Origin: Elusimicrobiaceae bacterium
GTDB taxonomy: Bacteria > Elusimicrobiota > Elusimicrobia > Elusimicrobiales > Elusimicrobiaceae
Direction of reading: 5' to 3'
DNA length: 59,364 nucleotides
NCBI GenBank assembly: GCA_045225155.1
Contig: JBGVBB010000159.1
Span: 1-59,364 of the forward strand
The notes beneath the pieces are model-generated. The model had not been told where the DNA came from. It did not search any database and saw nothing but the letters and a program-made list of their open reading frames with translations. How positions within the stretch are numbered: the stretch's first letter is position 1; the number at the start of each line of letters is the position of its first letter. The translations under genes and the position numbers were made by a program. This document shows positions 54,329 through 59,364 of this stretch, piece by piece.

Positions 54329-55720
54329 TTATAAATCAAACTTTTGTTGACGCCTTGAACGACGCTTTTCAAGGCGTTCTTGTTTCGTAGCACGGCGTTT
54401 ATAGCCGCCAAGGCGTTCCGGTAAATTGGAAACTTCACCGCTGAATTCAGCACCGTTCCACTCAAATTCTTTACCGCATGCCACAATAATATCACCGTCT
54501 TGTACGCCTTGTTTTAGCAGTTCTTTTTCAAGTCCTACTTTTTTGAAAATTCCCCAAAGGCGTTGTACCGCTTGCGGTTGGGAGAAGTTAGTCATAGAAA
54601 TAAAATCTTCCGCTTTTTTACCTGATATTTGAAAGCGGTTTTCATCAAGTTTTATAACGGTAAAAAACGGCTCTACTTTTAAAGTAATAGTTTTTTCCTG
54701 TTTTGGCTTTTCAAATTTAATAGGATTTTGTACTAAGGTTTTAACAATTTCATCAAGCAATTTTGTAAGCCCTTTTCTTGCTGCTGCTGAAATTAAAAAT
54801 ACAGGATATTTTTTTGAAAACTTTTTTTCAATTTGCTTAAAAACTTTTTCAGCTCCGTCTAAATCTGCTTTGTTTACCACAATTATACGTGGTTTTTTTG
54901 CAAGGTTTTTATCAAAATTTTTAAGTTCGTCACTAATGGTTTTTACTGTTTGAAGGGGGGTAAAATTTTCAAAACCGCTAGGGTCAACAAGGTGTACCAA
55001 AACACGTGTTCTTTCGATATGTTTTAAAAATTGATGCCCAAGGCCTTTACCCTCGCTTGCACCTTCAATAATACCCGGAATATCGGCGATAATAAAACTT
55101 GTATTTTTATGCTGGCAAATGCCAAGGTTCGGGTTCAAAGTCGTAAAAGGGTAATTTGCAATTTTCGGCCTTGCTGCCGTAACGGCGGTTAAAAAGGTAC
55201 TTTTACCTGCATTAGGTAAACCAACTAAACCGACATCAGCCAAAACTTTAAGTTCCAAAATTAAAGTTAATTCTTCACCCTTTTGGCCGATTTCGGCGAT
55301 ACGCGGTGCGGTATTATTTTTTGTTTTAAAACTTTGGTTTCCGCGTCCGCCGCGTCCGCCGCGTGCAACAATAACTTTTTGATAAGGTTTAGTTAAATCT
55401 GCAACAGTTTCACCGTTAAGTTTAATTACTGTTCCAAGCGGAACTAAAACGATTTTATCTTCCCCGTTTAAACCGGTTTTATTGTAAGTACCGCCCTTTT
55501 CACCGTTTTGTGCTTCTATGTGAGGGTTACACGCAAGTTCTTGAAGTGTGGTTAAATTCGGTTCTGCTTGCAAAATAATATCACCGCCCTTTCCGCCGTT
55601 ACCGCCGTTTGGGCCGCCGTAGGCAATAAACTTTTCCCGTCTAAATGATAAACAACCGTCACCGCCCTTTCCGGCTTTGACATAAATTTTAACTCTGTCT
55701 AAAAAATTATTTGCTTGCAT
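54329..55720 (-). CDS. obg: GTPase Obg/CgtA with OCT-type C-terminal domain and basic tail
   Basis: Gly-rich Obg fold 'GGNGGKGGD'. G1 'GLPNAGKST', G3 'DIPG' and G4 'NKAD'. Arg/Lys-rich C-terminus. Confidence 0.93.
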   Translation of the reverse strand: MQANNFLDRVKIYVKAGKGGDGCLSFRREKFIAYGGPNGGNGGKGGDIILQAEPNLTTLQELACNPHIEAQNGEKGGTYNKTGLNGEDKIVLVPLGTVIKLNGETVADLTKPYQKVIVARGGRGGRGNQSFKTKNNTAPRIAEIGQKGEELTLILELKVLADVGLVGLPNAGKSTFLTAVTAARPKIANYPFTTLNPNLGICQHKNTSFIIADIPGIIEGASEGKGLGHQFLKHIERTRVLVHLVDPSGFENFTPLQTVKTISDELKNFDKNLAKKPRIIVVNKADLDGAEKVFKQIEKKFSKKYPVFLISAAARKGLTKLLDEIVKTLVQNPIKFEKPKQEKTITLKVEPFFTVIKLDENRFQISGKKAEDFISMTNFSQPQAVQRLWGIFKKVGLEKELLKQGVQDGDIIVACGKEFEWNGAEFSGEVSNLPERLGGYKRRATKQERLEKRRSRRQQKFDL

Positions 55721-55938
55721 TGAAACCTCTCAGTAATATATTATAACTTTTTGTTATTTGCTTGACAAATAATAAATAGTATCTAAAGTACCTATTTTTT
55801 GGTATCATATTTATATATATAAATGTTGAAGTGACTTTTTATATTTAACCGTATTTGCAGGTTATTAGTGGCATTTTTTGTTTAGTAGTAAAGTTTGTGT
55901 AGAGCAGTTAATTAAAAGGCTTTGAGTGGGAGATATTT

Positions 55939-56880
55939 ATGACGGATATCCGTGTAACAGAACAGAAAGTTATTAATTCCGATGGCCAAATAGTATTGGA
56001 TATGGCTTCGGCATATGAAGTCGGGAATTATGGTGATTTATTATCAAGATATATTGTGGAAAAATTATCCGGACGGAAAGTAATTAAATATTCTGGAAAT
56101 AATATTTACCATTTATGTGCCATAGGATCTGTATTAAACAGAAGACAAATATGTTCTAATGCATTGGTATGGGGATGAGGTTTTATTAATCCGCAAAATA
56201 GCAGATGTAAAATGTTGTTGACTAAGTTTCGTCAAAAATTACGCGGTAAAGCCGGTAAACCTTTATATTTAGCGGTACGAGGGCCTAAATCACGTGACAT
56301 TTTGTTACAAAACGGTTATCAATGCCCGGCTATTTATGGAGATCCTGCCCTTATAATGCCTGTTTTATATCCTAAGAACACTTCTAAAAAATATAAATTA
56401 GGGATAGTTCTCCATTTTGTACATGATAAGTTTGCAAATGTATTTTCCGGTTTAAAATCATGTAAAGTGATTGATATTAACAGAAAATATGAAGAAATAA
56501 ATAATTTTGTAGATGAATTGACTTCATGTGATATGATATTGAGTTCTTCTTTACACGGGTTAATTATTGCCAATGCATACGGAATACCGAGTGTACGACT
56601 AAAAATTACCGGTAAACCTATTGCGACGAGCGAATATAAAGATGATTTTAAATTTGAAGATTATATTGCGGGTTTAAATTCTCTTAAAGTTAGCAAAACC
56701 GATCCGGATTATGTGTTAAATACTGTTTTTATTTCGCCGGATGCTAGATTAGATCAAAATTTTATTAATGATGTTAAGGAAAAAACGACAAAACCTGAAT
56801 TTAAATTTGACTTAACACCTTTAATAGAAGTTTTCCCTTTTTTAGACACTAAATATAAAAACAAGAAATATATAATTTAA
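55939..56880 (+). pseudogene. Polysaccharide pyruvyl transferase family gene interrupted by a single in-frame TGA (56176-56178)
   Basis: ORFs 55939-56178 and 56212-56880 are in the same frame. The read-through product gives '..ALVWG*GFINP..LAVRGP.SR..L...G....IYGDPAL' and 'SSSLHGLIIANAYGIPS', which matches the PS_pyruv_trans pattern. Confidence 0.65.
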
Positions 56881-56938
56881 TTTTGGTATAAATTACAATT
56901 AAAAAACCGTATTAAACGATTTATTGTTTATAAAATTT

Positions 56939-57045
56939 GGGCGGCGGGTTCCCCTTCCGTCATTTCCTTAACGAAAAATGATCTAGGGCTTGCCCTCGCG
57001 GTTTTTGCCTTTGCCTTCGGCAAAACTCGCACAACGCTCCAAGCC
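56939..57045. repeat. Unit R1 of the tRNA-Pro-3'-end-derived GC-rich tandem repeat (most degenerate)
   Basis: Starts with gggcggcggg, the complement of the tRNA-Pro acceptor/T-stem 3' strand. Aligns with R2 through 'ctcgcggtttttgcctttgc' and 'caacgctcc'. Confidence 0.7.
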
Positions 57046-57055
57046 AATTTTTAAA

Positions 57056-57087
57056 ACAAAAAACCACCTTTCGGTGGTTTCTATTTT
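57056..57087. terminator. Bidirectional terminator-like hairpin between R1 and R2
   Basis: aaaccacc (57061-57068), loop tttc, ggtggttt (57073-57080). A and T runs flank both sides. Confidence 0.6.
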
Positions 57088-57093
57088 AAAAAA

Positions 57094-57212
57094 TCGGGGC
57101 GGCGGGATTCCCCTACGGTCTTTTTGCTGACGCAAAAAGCCTTCGGGCCCGGGCTCGCGGTTTTTGCCTTTCGCTTCGCTCAAACAAAAACAACGCTCCG
57201 CCCTTCGAATCC
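57094..57212. repeat. Unit R2 of the tRNA-Pro-derived repeat
   Basis: The first 17 nt 'tcggggcggcgggattc' are identical to 57440-57456, the 3' end of tRNA-Pro(CGG). It contains the hairpin ctttttgc-tgac-gcaaaaag (57120-57139) and 'gccttcgggc'. Confidence 0.75.
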
Positions 57213-57231
57213 AAAACCTCACTTTATTTAA

Positions 57232-57403
57232 TGGGGCGGCGGGGATTCGGCCACAAGTCGCCTTACTGACGTGCGGCGCTCGCGGCCCCGCCTCGCCATC
57301 CTCGCCTTTCGCGCTCGCCTAAACGGCTCACGCTCAAACTCGGATATGGCTGCGGCCTTCGAATCCCGACGGAAGCCAAGCAGTTGGCTTCCTCCGTCCG
57401 GGA
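57232..57403. repeat. Unit R3 of the tRNA-Pro-derived repeat (longest, about 70% G+C)
   Basis: Starts 'tggggcggcggggattcgg'. Its right end 'gctgcggccttcgaatcc' is homologous to the R2 right end. A terminal hairpin spans gacggaagccaa..ttggcttcc.tccgtc (57368-57398). Positions 57241-57300 are 43/60 G+C by hand count. Confidence 0.7.
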
Positions 57404-57408
57404 AAATT

Positions 57409-57434
57409 AAAAAGCACCCAAAAGGGTGCTTTTA
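57409..57434. terminator. Bidirectional rho-independent terminator immediately 3' of tRNA-Pro(CGG)
   Basis: aaaagcaccc (57410-57419), loop aaaa, gggtgctttt (57424-57433). Confidence 0.8.
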
Positions 57435-57439
57435 AATTT

Positions 57440-57512
57440 TCGGGGCGGCGGGATTCGAACCCACGACCTCACGGTCCCGAACCGTGCGCGCTACCAACTG
57501 CGCTACGCCCCG
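57440..57512 (-). tRNA. tRNA-Pro (CGG)
   Basis: Cloverleaf on the minus strand: CGGGGCG/CGCCCCG acceptor, GCGC/GCGC D-stem, CACGG-TTCGGGA-CCGTG anticodon arm and GTGGG-TTCGAAT-CCCGC T-arm. Confidence 0.93.
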
Positions 57513-57541
57513 TAAAAATTATTGGTAATTAAAAGTAAAAA

Positions 57542-57613
57542 TCGGGGAACCGAGAATCGAACTCGGGACCTCTCGCACCCCAAGCGAGCGCTATACCACT
57601 AAGCCATTCCCCG
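57542..57613 (-). tRNA. tRNA-Pro (GGG)
   Basis: Minus strand: CGGGGAA/TTCCCCG acceptor, CTCGC-TTGGGGT-GCGAG anticodon arm and CCGAG-TTCGATT-CTCGG T-arm. Confidence 0.9.
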
Positions 57614-57659
57614 AAACACTACTCACATTAAGTACCCCAAAGGAGTACCTATATATATT

Positions 57660-58013
57660 TTAGCATTCTTTTAGTATTTGTGAAAGGGTTTCTCTGATTT
57701 CTTTTAAAAATCTCAAATTTTTTGCACTGTAAAAATTTGGATCTTCTTTATTTCCACCGACGGCAAAAAAGCGGTTTAAATGTTTTTTGGCACCGGCAAC
57801 CGTCATTTTATGTTTGTAAATAAGTTCTTTAATTTGTAAGACTACTTCAATGTCCGCTTTAGTATATCTGCGGTGATGTGATGCCTTTTTTATAGGGTTT
57901 AAAGCAGTAAAATTTTTTTCCCAATACCTTATAGTATACTCCGGCACGCTGCAAATGCGGGCTACTTCGCCAATGGTAAAAAAATCTTTTTTAGTTAACT
58001 CTTCTAAAGTCAT
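57660..58013 (-). CDS. MerR-family transcriptional regulator
   Basis: N-terminal MerR HTH 'FTIGEVARICSVPEYTIRYWEKNF'. ATGA overlap with the upstream HU/IHF gene. Confidence 0.85.
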   Translation of the reverse strand: MTLEELTKKDFFTIGEVARICSVPEYTIRYWEKNFTALNPIKKASHHRRYTKADIEVVLQIKELIYKHKMTVAGAKKHLNRFFAVGGNKEDPNFYSAKNLRFLKEIRETLSQILKEC

Positions 58014-58267
58014 TTTAAAATATTTTCAGACGGTTTAAAACGTACACGTTTTTTTGAAGGCACTTCCACAATTTGCCCTTTTGGGTTTTTTAAAACAAGC
58101 GGTGCGCTTTGCCTAACTTTAAAACTACCGAAATTTGAAAGTACAACCTTTTCACCTTTCTGTAAATTTTCTTTAATTATTTCAAGTGTTCTGTCTACGG
58201 CAATTTTGGCTTGCTGTTTATCAAATAAATAATTGGAAAGTTCTTTAATTAACTCTTCTTTATTCAT
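58010..58267 (-). CDS. HU/IHF-family DNA-binding protein
   Basis: 'MNKEELIKELS......A...V...L..I...L..GE.V.L.NFGSF.V......L.NP..G..V.VP....V.FKPS'. I place the start at the ATG at 58265-58267. TGA stop. Confidence 0.85.
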   Translation of the reverse strand: MNKEELIKELSNYLFDKQQAKIAVDRTLEIIKENLQKGEKVVLSNFGSFKVRQSAPLVLKNPKGQIVEVPSKKRVRFKPSENILK

Positions 58268-59252
58268 CTTTAAAACCAAGTGCTTTAAGCAAAGTGTCGG
58301 CCGGTTTGCCTTGTACGACAATTTCCCAAATAGCATTTATTACCGGGCAGTTTAAATTATTTTTATTAATAATATCCTGCACGCTTTGAACTGAATTTAA
58401 ACCCTCGGCAATTGTGCCGACCTGTTTTTTTGCTTCTTCCAAATCTAAACCCTGGCCCAATTTTTCACCAAGCCTGCGGTTTCTTGAAATGGCAGACATA
58501 CCTGTCAAAATCGCATCACCCAAACCGCATAAACTGTAAACGGTATATAAAGTGCAACCCTGGCTTAACATAATTTTGCTCATTTCCTGCATGGCCTCGG
58601 TTAAAAGTGCGGCTTTTGTATTTGCCCCTTCACCTATACCGTCTAAAATACCGCAGCCTATGGCTACGACGTTTTTAATTGCACCGCCGTATTCAGCACC
58701 GCGTCTGTCTTTTGAAAGTTCAAAGCAAAGCGGTTTTTTTGTAAGTTTATTTTGTAATTCTTTTAATAAATCTTCATCATATCCGGCCAAAGTAATTTTT
58801 GTAGGTATCCCTTTTGCGACTTCTAAAGCAAAACTCGGCCCGCTGAAGGCAACAACTTTATTTTTAAGGAAAGGTAATTCTTCTTCAATGATTTCACTCA
58901 TTGTCTTAAATGTTTTATCTTCAAGCCCTTTTGCTGCATTTAAAACAGGCACTGCTTTCCCGTTTAAAATGGTTTTGAGTTGTTGGCACACACTTCTTAC
59001 CGCTTTTGAGGAAAATACAAAAACAAGCAAATCAGCCCCGTCAACTGCGGTTTTTAAATCATTGGTTAAAGTATAAGTATCATCAAATTTAAAATTTGGA
59101 ATATTCGGGTGTGCTCCGCCGTTGGATTTAATGGTATCAAGTAAGTCTTTAGAATATTCCCAAACACTTACTTTCATACCTAAGTTATGTAAATGCCTTG
59201 CAATTACACTACCCCAAACACCGGCACCCAAAACAGTAACTTTATTTAACAT
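58260..59252 (-). CDS. gpsA: NAD(P)H-dependent glycerol-3-phosphate dehydrogenase
   Basis: Rossmann motif 'VLGAGVWGS', plus 'KG.E' and 'GA.KNV.AI..G' motifs. The ATG is at 59250-59252. The ORF-track start at 59294 is a TTG. Confidence 0.92.
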   Translation of the reverse strand: MLNKVTVLGAGVWGSVIARHLHNLGMKVSVWEYSKDLLDTIKSNGGAHPNIPNFKFDDTYTLTNDLKTAVDGADLLVFVFSSKAVRSVCQQLKTILNGKAVPVLNAAKGLEDKTFKTMSEIIEEELPFLKNKVVAFSGPSFALEVAKGIPTKITLAGYDEDLLKELQNKLTKKPLCFELSKDRRGAEYGGAIKNVVAIGCGILDGIGEGANTKAALLTEAMQEMSKIMLSQGCTLYTVYSLCGLGDAILTGMSAISRNRRLGEKLGQGLDLEEAKKQVGTIAEGLNSVQSVQDIINKNNLNCPVINAIWEIVVQGKPADTLLKALGFKDE

Positions 59253-59364
59253 TTTTCTTAGATCCGTCCTCAAAATTAAGTTCTTTATGTGCAAGCATTC
59301 TTTTAATATTAGGTATATGTTTGTAGATAACTATTGCCGCTACAATCACACAGAAAATAATATA
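59242..59364 (-). CDS. plsY: Glycerol-3-phosphate acyltransferase PlsY, C-terminal fragment (5' end outside the window)
   Basis: The minus frame is open from the window edge: 'YIIFCVIVAAIVIYKHIPNIKRMLAHKELNFEDGSKKNVK*'. The 'H..NI.R...G.E' tail is typical of PlsY. Its stop overlaps the gpsA start. Confidence 0.6.
   Translation of the reverse strand, partial: YIIFCVIVAAIVIYKHIPNIKRMLAHKELNFEDGSKKNVK

Noticed and set aside
56176-56178. The in-frame TGA as selenocysteine, or as genome-wide TGA reassignment (code 4 or 25).
   Set aside because: No convincing SECIS-like hairpin lies immediately downstream. TGA clearly terminates glyQ, the ABC ATPase and the HU/IHF gene in this same window.
56983-57222. 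79-aa minus-strand ORF spanning repeat units R2 and R1, with internal 'KGKNRE' repeats.
   Set aside because: The peptide repeat merely mirrors the DNA repeat. The ORF runs through a terminator-like hairpin. R3 translated in the equivalent frame diverges immediately, so there is no protein-level conservation.
56939-57403. Possibility that the repeated units form a CRISPR array.
   Set aside because: The units are 107-172 nt, degenerate and contiguous. They are not short exact repeats separated by unique spacers, and no cas genes are nearby.
57232-57403. R3 as tmRNA, SRP (4.5S) RNA or 6S RNA.
   Set aside because: For tmRNA there is no acceptor pairing, no resume ORF and no proper T-arm. The hairpin at 57368-57398 superficially resembles the SRP 'GGAAGCAGCC' region, but it is a fully paired stem without the conserved internal loops or GNRA loop. 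For 6S, the interior is C-rich on both arms, so it cannot form a 6S-like rod.
58552-59076. 174-aa plus-strand ORF.
   Set aside because: It is antisense to gpsA and is a shadow ORF.

Overview
This is an AT-rich, densely coding bacterial chromosomal segment. Sampled coding lines run about 25-45% G+C by hand count. The organism is a diderm: it encodes an OmpA-family lipoprotein, LolC/E-LolD, KdsC, a GT8 LPS-type glycosyltransferase and proteins ending in a C-terminal Phe. The prepilin-type protein and ankyrin protein suggest a host-associated lineage, possibly Elusimicrobiota-like, but that is only a guess.

The left edge holds the tail of a type I R-M locus: an hsdS fragment, an embedded 142-aa membrane-anchored ORF, and hsdR. 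It abuts an orphan tRNA 3' fragment, a 15-bp perfect inverted repeat and tRNA-Arg.

The rest is mostly housekeeping, in this order:
- uppP, addB-addA-ybaB, an aldo/keto reductase and a SplB-like radical SAM protein
- tRNA-Gly and a histone-H1-like Lys-rich protein
- yceD-rpmF-plsX-fabG-acpP-rnc, an ankyrin protein and nupC
- tdh-kbl, a metal ABC importer and nth
- ptb, an M23 peptidase and lolCD
- two tandem S1 proteases, a TPR protein and serS
- kdsC and two paralogous repeat proteins
- Fe-ADH/ALDH, GT8, tRNA-Phe and glyQS
- a pilin-like gene and obg
- a pyruvyl-transferase gene broken by one in-frame TGA
- plsY-gpsA-HU/IHF-MerR, followed by two tRNA-Pro genes

The least explained DNA is 56939-57403. 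It holds three GC-rich degenerate tandem units, each carrying a copy of the tRNA-Pro 3' end.

I saw no rRNA, CRISPR array, transposase or integrase. No complete novel multi-gene system can be demonstrated from the sequence alone. Candidates are ranked in the findings.
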